Source: Scenedesmus sp. PABB004
Taxonomy: Eukaryota
DNA length: 64,000 bases
NCBI GenBank assembly: GCA_014905635.1
Contig: JABVCE010000008.1
Coordinates: forward strand, 806,001-870,000
Reading direction: 5' to 3'
Position 1 is the first letter of the stretch. Each line of letters opens with the position of its first letter. The notes beneath the pieces were generated by a model, which had not been told where the DNA came from, made no database searches, and was given only the letters and a program-made list of their open reading frames with translations. Made by a program: the position numbers and the translations under genes. Positions 35,801-47,370 of this stretch are shown one piece after another.

Positions 35801-38800
35801 GCTGCTGCATCGCCTGCCCCCAGCCCATCGCCGCCGCCGCCTCGTCGTCGGCGGCGTGCAGGTGCTCCGCCGTGTACTGCTGGCGCAGCTGCATCAGCCG
35901 CTGCGCGAGCTCCACGTTGCTCATCGTCACGCCGCCGCCGCCGGCGGCGCCGCCGCCCGCAAACGCGCTGCGCGCGCGCATCGCCGCCTGCTGCTGCATG
36001 ACCCAGCTCTGCTCCGCGCGCAGCCGCGCGACCGCAGCCTCCGCCTCGGCGGCGGCGAGCGACTGATAGTACAGGTCCTCCGCCTCCGCCGCATCGGCGT
36101 CGTCGTCGCCGAGCACGTCGGCCTGCTGCTGGCTCCAGTGCGACCACGGCATCTCCGGCAGGCTCTGCTGCTGCGCCGCCTGCTGCGCCGCGACGAGCGC
36201 CGCGAGGCGCGCCTGCTGCGCCGCGTCGAGCTGCAGGCCGCCGAGCTGGCCCGGAAAGCCGGGGATGGGGCCGCTCTGCATGCCCGGGGCGCCGCGCGCG
36301 CGCGGCATGCTCGACGGCGCCTCGCGCACCGCCTCCAGGCGGCCGGCGCTGCTGCTCTGAATGAAGCTGAAGTGCCGCGCCGGCGGGCGCCGCTCGCCCG
36401 CGCGCCCTGCAGCGGCGACAGCCGGTCGCCGCTGGAGCCCGCGCTCGGGGGCTGCGAGGCGGGGCCGCCCGCGGCGCCGGCGGCGCCGCCGACCTGCAGC
36501 GCGCGCAGCGCGCTCGCGGCCTGCCCCAGCGCGGCGTCGTCGGAGAGGCGGCTGAGCTGCCAGCCGTGCTCGCGCAGGAACGAGCGCAGCTGCTCGATGT
36601 CGCCCACGCCGTGCAGCTTGGCCAGCTTGTCGTCCTCCTCCGCCGTCGCCGCCGCCTCGGCCGCCGCCTCGGCCGCGGCCGCGGCGTCGCGGCCCGCGTC
36701 GCCCGGCACGCCTGCAGACGCCGCGCGCGCCGGCGCCGCGGGCGGCGCCGCGGGCGGCACGCGCGCCGCCGCCGCCGCCGCCGCCGCCGGCGCGCCGCCC
36801 GCCGCGGCCGCCGCGGCCGCGGCCGCCGCCGTGGCGGACGCCGCCTCGGACGTGGCCGACAGCAGCGCGCCGGCGCCGTCCTGGGAGCCAAAGCTGGTGC
36901 GGCGCGTGAGCTCGTGCAAGACCTTGTTGTACGCGCGCGCGCCGGCATCGTCGTCGAGCGCCTCGCCGGGCGCGAGCGCGGCGGGCTGCCCGAACTGGCG
37001 CCCCAGCTCCCACTCCGACGGGTCGCTCGGCGCGACCGCGTCCTCGCCGGCCGCCGCCGCGCCGCCGGCGCTGGCGCTGCTGCCGCCGAGCAGGGGCGCC
37101 TGGTGCAGCGAGAGCTCCGCCAGCTCCTCCTCCTCCACGCGCGCCACGCGCGGCAGGCTCTGGCTGGTGCTGCTGTCGCTCGGGCCCAGCGCGATGTAGC
37201 CGCCGTAGCCACCGCCCGGCGCGCCGCCGGGCGGGCGTTGATGCGCAACGCGATGCTCACCGCCGCCCCGCCGGTCGCGCCCGCCGTGGCGGCGGACCGC
37301 CCCGACAGCAGCTCGCCGTCCGGCGCCCGCAGCGTGCCGCCGCTCGTGCGCGCCAGCTCGGTGTCGTTCGTCTCGGGCACGACCACCTGCGGCTCCGCCT
37401 CGGCCGCCGCGGCGCCGCCCGGCGCCGCGCCAGGCGCGCCGCCGCCGCCGCCGCCGCCCGCGCCGCGCGGCGAGCCGACGACCGACGACGGCAGCTCGTC
37501 CGACGTCGACAGCAGGCGCATGCCCGACAGGCTCACGCTCGCGCTGGAGCTGCGCGGGTTGGTGGCCTGCTTGAGCAGCATGTGCGCGCGCTGCGTCGCG
37601 GGGTGGCTGCTGCCGAGCTGCGCGATGAACGTCTGCACCGCGTGCGACAGCAGCGGCTCCGCCTCGCCGTGCTTGCCCTGCGTCAGCAGCACCTCGCTCA
37701 CCACTGCGCGGCAGAGGCGGCGGCGGCGGCGGCACGCGTTGGTCGGCGCGCAGTGCTGCTGCGGTGGCTCCGACGCCCCCGCCGCGGCCCCCGCCGCGTG
37801 CGGCGGGGTTTAGGCCTCAACCCCCGCGGCGCACCCATGAGGCTGTGTGCCAGGTCGGGGTGCTCGTTGCCGAGGACCTTCTGCCGGATGGCCAGCGCCG
37901 CCTGGCCCTGCGCGAGCGCCTCCGCGAGCTTGCCCTGATCCAGGTAGATCAGCGCCTGGCCGGGCGGCGCGGCGCGCGCCGGGCGTCAAGAGGGCACAGG
38001 GCGCCGCCGGCTGCCGCGGCGGCCCCGCGGCGGCCCCGCAGCACACAGAGGCCCCGCGCGCGCGCGCGCGCCGCGCCGCGCGCCGCGCCTGCAGGTGCAG
38101 CGCCGACGCCATCTGCGGCCCCTGCGGCAGCGCCGCGCGCAGCGCCTCGCAGCGCTTGGCCGCCTCCAGCGCATCGGGCAGCTGCTGCCGCATGCGCAGG
38201 ATGTGGCCGAGCGTCTGCAGGCTGATCGCCACGATGGGGTGCTGCGGCCCCAGGTCCTGGCGGCGGCGCGCGGCGCGCGCGCACGGGTGCAGCGGCGCGC
38301 CGTCAGCCCCGGGGCCACGCGCGGCCCGGCGCGGCCGCCGCGGCGCCGCGCGCGTGGCGCACCTTCTCCCGCATGGCCAGGCCCTCGCGCGCGGCCGCCT
38401 CGGCGTCCGTGACGCGCCCCATCTCGCGCAGCACCTCGCCGAGGCAGTTGTAGCAGCTCGCGACAAAGCTCTGCCGCTCCGCGGCCGGCCCCGGCATCGC
38501 CTTGGCCGCCTCGAGGCAGCCCGTCGCGAGCTGCTCCGCCTCGTTCGCGCGGCCGAGCAGCACGAGCGCGAGCGCCTGCATCGTCGTGGCCACGATGACC
38601 GGCTTGCTGCTCGCGGGCTGGTTGAGCTGCTGGTACACCCAGACCGCGCGGCTGCAGTGGGACTCCACCTCGGCGTACCTGCGCGCCCGGCGTGCGTGCG
38701 TGGGCGCGCGCCGCGCGCCGCGGCGCACGGCGCGCGGGGCCGCCGCGCCGGCGCGCCGCCGCCGTCGCCGCGGGCAGAGCCGCGCGCGGCGCGGCGCGGC

Positions 38801-41286
38801 GCCGCACCTGCCCAGGTCGAGCATGACGTCGGCGACGACCTGCATCGACGCGGCGGTGTCCGGGTGCAGCTCGCCGAGGCTCTTCTTCTTGACCGCCATG
38901 CAGCGCTGCGCCAGCGGCAGCGCGTGCCCCGCCTTGCCCGCGCCGCGCAGCAGCGACACGAGCGAGGTGAGGCAGTTGAAGGTGTCGGGGTGGTGCAGCC
39001 CCGACACGCTCTGGCAGACCTGCGTGCGGGTCCGGCGCGCCGGACGCGCCGGCGGGCGTCGGCAGGCAGCGCCGGCGCCTGCCTGCCCGCAGAGCTCGCC
39101 CACCGCCCGCGCCGCCGGCGCCCTCGCCCCGCCCCGCCCGGCCGCGCCGCGCCTGCAGGGCCTTGCGGTACGCTTGCTCCGCCGACGCCTGCTTGCCCTG
39201 CTGCGCCGCGAGCTGCCCCAGCAGCATGAGCTGCGCCGCCACGCGCGGGTGCTCGCCGCCCAGCTGGCCCTGCAGCAGCGCGAGCGCCTCCTGCGCGAGG
39301 CTCTGCGCCTCCACGAGGCGCCCCGCCTGGCGCACGACCTGCGCGGCGGCGGCGACGGCGGCGGCGCGGGGCCAGCGCGTCAGCCAGGGCGCCCAGTCAG
39401 CTCTGCGCCCGCGCCCCCCGGCCCTGCTGCGGCGCACCTGGGCGAGCTGGTTCTTCCACACCGCCACCTGGACGTCTGCGGGGCCGAACGCGGCGCCGCA
39501 GATGCCGAGCGCGCGCTGGCACACCGCCTCCGCCTCGGCGTACTTGCGGCTGCGGCGCAGCAGCTCGACCTGCAGCTGCAGCACGGGCAGCAGCTCCGAC
39601 GACGCGCCGCCGTAGAGCTGCTCCAGCATGTCCAGCGCCTGCTGCAGGTGCTTGCCCGCCTCGGCTGGCTTGCCCGCCTTGAGCATGACCGCGCCCAGCT
39701 CCTGCGGTGCGCGCGCAGCAGGGACGCGGGCGGCGGCGGGCGGGCGGGCGGGCGGCGGCCACGCTCGCTGGGCGGGCGGCCGCGCGGGCGCCGCCGCGGG
39801 CGCTGCTGCCGCCGCGGGCGCCGCCGCCGCAGCGGGCGCAAGCAACGCGCCTTGTAGCAGCGCGCAACCGCGGGGTGTGGGCCCTTCAGCTCGCGCCAGA
39901 AGAACTCGAGCGCCTGGCGCAGCATCCCGTCGGCCCGCTTGAGCGTGCCGCCCTCGGCGAGCAGGCCGCCAAGCACCGTCATGACCTGCGCGCTCTCGAG
40001 GGTCATGTCGAGGAACTGGCTGCGCTCGACCACGATCTGGCAGAAGCCTGGCGGGCGGGAGGAGGGGCGGGACGGACGGGAGGGACGGGACGGACAGAGG
40101 GGACGTGAGGGGCCGGGGCCGCGTGAGAGTGGCGCGGGCGCGGCGCGCGCGCGGCGGCGGCGGCAGTGGCGGGGCGCGGGGTGTCGAGCGCCGCGAGCAG
40201 GGCCGCGCGCGCACCCTGGCGCATGTGCGAGCTGCAGCTGCTCGCGAGCAGGGGCATGAGGTCCCACGCGAGGGAGACGTAGATGCCCAGCATGTCCTGG
40301 CGGACCTCGGTGAACGCCCACGCGAGCAGCTGCACCGCGTGCACGCTCAGCCGGCACCACGCGAGCCGCGCGGCGAGCATGCGGTTCTTGGACATTAGCG
40401 GCAGCACCAGGCGCCGCGCCGAGCTCACGAGCAGCTCCGCGAAGCGCCGCCGCGTCTCCACGTACGGCAGGCCTGCGACGCGCGCGCGGTCGCGCGCAGC
40501 CGTGGGCGGCCGCGGGCAGCCGCGGGCGCGCGGCACCGCGCGCCGCCGACCCCGCGCGCGCGTGCGCGCGCCGTGCGGGCGCGCACCGAGGTTGTGCACG
40601 AGCAGGCGCGCCGCGTCGCGGACGAGCTTGTGCATGGAGTAGAGCTGCAGGCTCGCGTTGTAGGAGAGCAGGCCGAGGTTGACCAGGCGCCGCATGACGG
40701 CGCGGCGCTCGTTGTTGGTCGCCGGCAGCGCGAGCAGCGGCGCGGCCATCTCGAACGAAAACGGCGCGGGCAGCAGCGCGAGCACGAGCAGGCTCGTCAC
40801 GAGGTCGTCCGGCAGCGCGACCGCGGCCGCGACGAGCACGCTGCGGCGGCGCGCGGCGCGGCACGCAGCGGGGGAGCGGAGGGCAGCGTGAGCGCGGGGC
40901 GGCGTGAGAGCGGGGCGGCGCCGCACGGGGCGCAGAGCGCGCGCCGCAGGGGCGGGGCTGGCGGGTGCGGGCGGCGCGCGCGTGCGCGCGCACCGCTGCA
41001 GGCGCTCGTTTGTGAAGCGGCTCTCAAACGGCAGGTAGCTGCTGGTCGCGGTGTCGCTCGGCTCGATGGGCAGCCCCGGGTCGGCGTAGATGCGGGCAAA
41101 CTCGGCGCCGCTCGCGTAGCCGTAGCGCAGCAGGCCGCACACGACCGCGAGCGCGACCGGCGCGCCCTGGCACGCCTCGACGATCGCGTCGCTCACGTCC
41201 TGCGCGGCGCGGCGCGCGGCCGGGCGCGTCACGCGGCGCGCAGCCGGGCGTGTCGCGCAGCACAGCCGGCCGCGTCGGCGCGCCCC

Positions 41287-41318
<32 letters not shown>

Positions 41319-44300
41319 TCCGCCGCCGCCGCCGCCGCCGGCGCGCGCGCGTCCCCGCGCGCACCTTGGTCACGCTCGGCTGCGCGGCCTGCACCATGCT
41401 CGTCGCGGCCTCGGCCGAGAGCGGCTCGACCTCCACGGTGCGCGCGAGGTAGGTGATGCGCGCGAGCGGCTCCTCGCACACCACGACGACCTGCAGCTTG
41501 TGCGACGACTGCGGCGGCGCCGGCAGCGGCGGGCGCGCGTCGGCGGCGGGCGCGCGCGTCGGCGGCGGCCCCCGGGCCGGGCCGCGCGGCCCGCTCGCGC
41601 CCTGCAGAGCCCTCGCGCGCGTGCCCGCGTGTGCGTGCGTGTGCGCGGCGGCGCACGTGCAGTATGTTGTCCAGCAAGTCCCGGAAGCCCTGCTGCTCCT
41701 CCGCCGGCGCGCTGAGCAGCTCGCCGACGTGCGTTATGACGATGCCAAAGCGCTCGCGCGGCCGGCCCTCCAGCCACGCGAGCAGCTGCTGCGTGTCGGG
41801 CACGTCGCTCGTGAGCCCCAGGCCGCACATCAGCTGCTGGCCTGCGCGCGCGCGCGGACGCGGGCGTGGGCGGGCGGCGGCGGCGGGCGCGTCAGCCCCC
41901 GCGCGGCCCCCGCAGGCGCCCGGCCGCTCCCCGCTCCGCGTGCGCGCGCCGCCTCACGGCCGCGCACCCGCGAGCACCACGTTTGTCACGCCGGCGAGAT
42001 CGATCCAGTAGGCGTCAGTCCAATGGTGGCTCACGACCAGCTCCTGCGCGAGCGCGGCGGCGAGCATGCTGCGCCCCACGCCCGGCGCGCCGGTGAGCAT
42101 GACGAGGTTGGTCGACACGTCCGCCATGCCCAGCACCAGCTCCGCGACCTCGTCGTCGCGCGGCAGGAAGCACGGCGGGAACTGGCGCGTGGCGGGCAGT
42201 GGCCGCGGCGAACGGCGCGGCGCGGGTGGGTTGGTCGGACGCGCGGCGCGGCGCGGCGTCGGGCGGCGGCGCGGCGCGGCGCGGTGCGGCGTGGCGCGAG
42301 CGGCGCCGCACCTCGGGGAAGTTGTGCAGGCGCGGGATGGGCTCCTGCAGCACGCGCATGTCGCGCAGCCAGCCCGCCGCGCCGGCGGCGGCGCCGATCG
42401 GCCGCGCCGCGCGGAACGCGGCGCCCGCGGCCGAGCCGAACGCGAGGTTGACGCCCGGCAGCGTCGCGCTCGAGTTGGAGTGCTCCTTGAGCTTCGCCTG
42501 GATGATCATGGCGGGGCTGGAGTTGGGCGGGAACGCAAAGTCGAGCTCCGCGAGCGTGAGCAGGCCGTGGCTGCCGCGCTGCAGGTGGTGCTGGATGAAG
42601 TCGGTCGTGAACTTGTCCAGCTGCTGGTCGAGGCCCCAGATGTGCGCCTGCCGCGGGGCGGGCGAGGCGGGGCGGGGCGGGGCAGGGCGGGGGCGGGGCA
42701 GGGCGGGGCGGGGCAGGGCGGGCAGGGCGGGTGAGGCGGCGCCGGCGCGCAGTGGGCAGAGCCGCGCGCGGCGCGGCGCGGCGCGGCGCGGCGCGGCGCG
42801 GCGCGGGCGGCGCGCGGCGCGCGGCGCACCTGCGGCTGCACCAGCTTGTACCAGAACTCCTTCCACGTCACGCGCTCGCGCCCGCCAAACGCCGCGCGCC
42901 ACTCGGAGCGCACGATGTCGTTGCGCAGGACCATGAACGGCTCGACGACGCTCAGCGCCGCGGCGCGGCGCCCGCCGGGCCCAAGCGACGACGTGCGCCG
43001 CAGCGCGCCGCCGCCGTGCACGCTGCCGCCGCTGTTGGCGCGCGCCATGCCGTTGCTGCCGCTGCTGCCGCTGCTGTTGGCGCGGTTGAAGCTGTTCTCG
43101 CGGCTGCCCGACCGCGACCCGCCGGCGCCGCCGCCGCCGCTGCCGCCGCCGCCGCTGTCGGCAAACCAGAGCTGGCTGCTGAGGTAGTGGTCGATTTCCT
43201 GCTGCAGCAGCGTGTCGATGTTTGACCCCGACGGCAGGTGGTGCAGCAGGCTCTGCAGCCGGATCGTCGCGCTGAGCGGGTCGCGCAGGAGCTTGGCGAT
43301 GCCGCCGAGGTGCTTCAGCGCCGCCTCGAGCTGCTGCTGCTGCGGCGCGTAGAGCCGCGGCTTGCGCAGCTCCGCGAGCGGCGGCTCGCGCGCGTCCACG
43401 CCCGCGCCCTCCAGCGCCGCGACGAGCAGGCCGTCGAGGCGGTTGAAGTCCTCCTGGTCGCGCACCGCGTTGAGCAGGCGCAGCAGCCAGCCGCGCTCGC
43501 TGAACTGCGCAAACACGTCGTACGCGTCCTGCACGAGCAGCGACAGCTGCGCCAGCATCGCCGTGTGCCGCGCGAGCTGGCGGTGCGGCAGCGCGAGCAG
43601 GTACTCCTGCACCAGCACGCAGCGCTGCAGCAGCGCGTGGCAGTTGTCGTAGTGGTAGTGCGCGCCGCGCCGCAGGTCGTGCAGCAGGCACAGCGCCTGG
43701 CAGTACGGCACGAGCGACGCCGGCACGGGCCGGCTGTGCCTGCGCGCGCGCGGCGGCGGGCGCGGCGCGCGCGACGCGCGCGGCGGGCGCCGGGCGTCGG
43801 CGGCGGCCGCAGCGGCGGCGGCGGCGACGGCGCCTGCTGCTGCGCCCGCTGCTGCGCCTGCTGCTGCCGCCGCGCCCGCGCTCGCGCCTGCGCCGCCTCT
43901 GCTGCGTGCGCGCGCGCGCCAGCACCGCGCCGGCCGGCCCGCCCGCCCGCCGCGGCGCGGCGCGGCGCACCTGAAGAGCCGGCCGTTGGCGGTGATGCGC
44001 AGCACCTGCATGTCGCGCATCGGCTCCAGCAGCTCCGCGCTGGCGTCTGAGAACGACGCCCGCGACGGCAGCACAAACGAGTCGCAGCGGCCCGTGGAGG
44101 AGGGCGCCGACGCCTGCACGCCCAGCGCGCCATCCAAGCTGGGGTGGCCCTGCGACTGCAGGCGCGGCAGCTTGACAAACCTGCGGCGGCGCACGGGGGG
44201 TGAGGGAGGGGGAGGGGTGTGTCAGCGCCCGCCCGCCGCCCGCCCCCGCCGCGGCGTGCTTGCAGGACGGCGCCGCGCCGCGTCGACGCCCGCGCGCGGC

Positions 44301-45083
44301 GGCCGCACCGCGACAGGCTCTTGCTGCCCGTGGGGGTGTCGGGCACGGCGTCCGCCGTCAGCCCCGCTCCCTCCGACGGCGGCCCCGCCGTGCCCGGCCG
44401 CGGCTGCGCGGCGTCGGGCGTGGCCTCGGCGCCGGCCGGGCCGCCGCCGCCCGGGTCACCGGGCTGCTCGCCCGGCGGCGCGCCGCCCTGCTGCTGCTGC
44501 AGCGTCGCGCGCGCGCCAGCAGGATGTGGCGCTCGGCCGCGTCCTGCACGCCCAGCTGCAGCAGGCGCTGGTCCGTGAGCTGCAGCAGCTGCGCGCCCGT
44601 GACGCCCTGCGGCGGCGCGGCACACGCGGCGCCGGCGGGGCGTGGGCGCGCGAGCGGCAGCAGCGGCGGCGCCGCCCGCGCCCGCCGTGTCGCGCTGCCG
44701 CGCCGCCGCGGCCCCGCGCGCCGGCGCCTCGCCGCCCGTGAACGTGGCCCCGCCCGGCAGGCGCTGCCGTGGGGCCGCTGCGGCCGCACCTGCAGCGCAG
44801 CCAGCGAGGCCTTTGGCAGGCCCAGGTTTGCTGCCCAGGCGCCGACATCCCGCGCCTGCCAGGCGCCCAGGTCGGACGAGAGGCTGGAGGTGCCCTCCCC
44901 CGGCGCCTCAGGCGCGTGCTGGGGGCGACCTGCGCGCGCGGCGCGTCAGGGGGCCGGCCTGCAGCAGATTGCATGCTGCCACGGCCCGCCCGGCGCACCT
45001 GGCGGCCCGGGTGCCGGCCCGAGCTTGCCGGTGGGCGCCTGATCGGCGCCTCCATCGGCCGGCTTGGACAGGCACGAGCCCAT
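32877..45083 (-). CDS. NLR-like STAND protein: N-myristoylation motif, SAM, MLKL-like 4-helix bundle, EF-hand-like region, degenerate NB-ARC, TPR repeats, long low-complexity tail; multi-exon
   Basis: Starts MGSCLSK. SAM-like WQARDVGAWAANLGL...GVTGAQLLQLTDQRLLQLGV. MLKL-like NCHALLQRC...FSERGWLLRLLNAVRDQEDFNRLD. NB-ARC motifs GAPGVGRS, CQGAPVAL and YSMHKLVR. Kinesin-light-chain-type TPRs (LGGEHPRVA, LGELHPDTA, LGPQHPIVA). About three apparent frameshifts. Confidence 0.75.
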
Positions 45084-47370
45084 GGCTCGGCCGGCGGGCC
45101 CGCGCGGCCTTCACCGCCTCACGGGCTGGTCGCCGTCCCTTGCAGGCCCGGCCATCCCGAACGCGCGCCGAGCGCCGCGCTGCGCGGCCGCTGGTGGTGC
45201 TGCGCGGGCGTGTGTGCGGGAGTGGGTGCGTTTGCCGAGCTCGCCGCTGGACGCCTGCGCGGCCTGCGTGTTCGCTCGAGCGCGGACTCACTGGCGCGGC
45301 ACGCGCGCCGCGCGGCAGATCGGCGCCAGCACCGGCGAGACCGGCTGGACGCCTGCCCGCCTCTCTCTCTCGCGTCGCCAGGCCCCGGGGCGCGGCCTCC
45401 CGCGAGGCCCGGCACTCTCCCAGCGAGCGCGGCTGGCTGGGCGCCGCCGCGCTGCTGCGGGCCGCAACTCTGGACGCCCGCGGCGCGCTGGCTGCGACGC
45501 GCCGGAGGCCTTCCCTCTCTGGAGGGAACGGAACGGAATGCGAGAGCGTTAGAGTTACTCCGTGGTGGGCCTCGCTGTTGCTGTTCATGCGTGAGCGCCA
45601 GGCAAAGGTCGTGCTGCGTGCTGCGGCGCGGCGGCCGTGCTGGCCGGCCGCTGCGTGCGTTTGATGCAAGTCTGTGCTGCTGCCGCGGCGCGGCGGCAAC
45701 GGATGTGGTTGTCGCCGGCACGGGCGCGCGCGCCGCCGCCTGCTGGGGCAGGGCGGCGGCGCGCATCGTGTCAGCGACACGATGCCATGCGCGGCGGGGG
45801 CGGCTGATGCCCGCCCCGCCCGCGTATGGAAGAAGTAGAAGAAGCAAGCGGGCCTGCGCGCCAACGCGCCAACGCCCGCCAGGCCAGCGACGGGAGCAAT
45901 GCACCCCCGCCCACAACGCGCTGCCGCGGCGCCTCCGCGATCAGAGCGAAGCGCCGCGGCGCTCCTTGTCGTCCTTGGGACAAAAGCAGGCAAAGCACGC
46001 CGGGCGTGACCGGCCGCCGCCCCATTCCCCCCAGCCGCCGGTGTCGAGTCGACCGGCAGGCTCCCGCCGCACAGTCGTTAGCGCGGCGCAGCGCGGTGCG
46101 GCACGCGTGCCGCCAAGGCAGCCCCGAGCTGTTCTCCAATCAAGTGCGTGCGTAAGATAGTCCACCCCCTCCTCCTCGCGCCCCCCGCCGCACGGCCTGC
46201 GCCGGCGGCCGCGGCGGCCGTTGCCGCCGCCACCACCATACTCATCATACGCAACATACACGTCCGCTCATCAACAAAAGGGCACACTGGCGGGGTCCGA
46301 AGGCGCGTGTGTGGGGACGCAGGCAAGCGTGTGACGTGCGCGTGTGGCGGAAAGGGCCGGCCAGCAGCTGCGTCCAAAGGAATCATGCAAGTACTCTGCC
46401 GCGCACGCGCGTGCCCGGCAACGGCGTGGCCGCCGCCAACGCCGCGCGCGCGCTGCGGCCGAGCCACCGGGCCCTCTGGATGCATGCAGCACAACCGGAA
46501 ACACACAGCGACAGGGGCAAGGCAGGGCAGTGTCGCTCTCGTGGCTTGCGCGCTGCTGCTGGCGGGCGCACCAGCGCGCCCGCAGCGTAGGACGGCGCGG
46601 CGGCGGGCAGCAGGCGTATCCCTGCTGCGCCGCCGCCGCCGCATGGTGAGGGCCGCGGCGGGCAGCGCCGCCGGGCGGCCCCCTGGGCGAGCGCGGCGTG
46701 CCATCGCTGGCACGCGCGCGCGTGGTGACGCGTGGTCTCAGTGTGTCGCGCAGCAGCGCGGTGCAGCTCGTGGTATCAAGGCAGCGAAAGGGCATGCAGT
46801 GCGTCTGCGCGCGCGCGCCGGCGGGGAAGGGCCCGCGGACGCGCGCGCGCGCCTCGCGGCACCCGGCGGGCGCAGCTTGCAGCTCGCCTCGCGCGCCGCG
46901 GGGGCGTCGACCGACCTCAAACTGTGCCGCAACACCGTACTCGCGACCGCACACGCGCTGGGTGATGTGAAGATGAAGGACAGGCTTCTTGTCCGCGGGC
47001 GCCCGGCCCCGCGGCCGGGCGCGCCGCCTCGGCGCCACACACCACTCGTCCTAGAAGGGGCGCGGCGCGCACGCCGCCGGCCTCCTCGGCCGGCCCGCGG
47101 CGCAGCGCCGGGCCGAATTTTGTTGTCTGGCCAGACGGCTCAACGGCCGAGCGGCCCTCTCGCCGAAATGCCGGCCGGCGCGCGCGCGGGCGCGGCATGA
47201 ACGCCCGCGCGGCGCGGCCGAGCGTCGGAGCCCCCGTGCCCTCTCGCCGCGCCGGCGCTCCAAAGCGGGGCCCCGGCGCGCGCGTGGACCCTCTCCTCCC
47301 TCCTCCCTGCCTGCCCCCCCCCCTCTTCCCCCTCCGCCCCTCGCCCTGCCCGCGCCGCCGCGGGGCGGCA

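Noticed and set aside
33225..37199. Very long plus-strand ORFs (for example 1324 aa at 33225-37199, 1074 aa at 25906-29130, 728 aa at 55492-57678)
   Set aside because: They are antisense or shadow frames of real minus-strand genes. Stop codons are rare at this GC content and the translations are R/A/P/G-rich with no motifs.
45100..47370. ORFs in the 2.3 kb spacer between the NLR-like and TZF genes (for example 46148-47200)
   Set aside because: No coding-like codon bias, conserved motif or coherent exon chain. It is most likely UTR, promoter or intron sequence.
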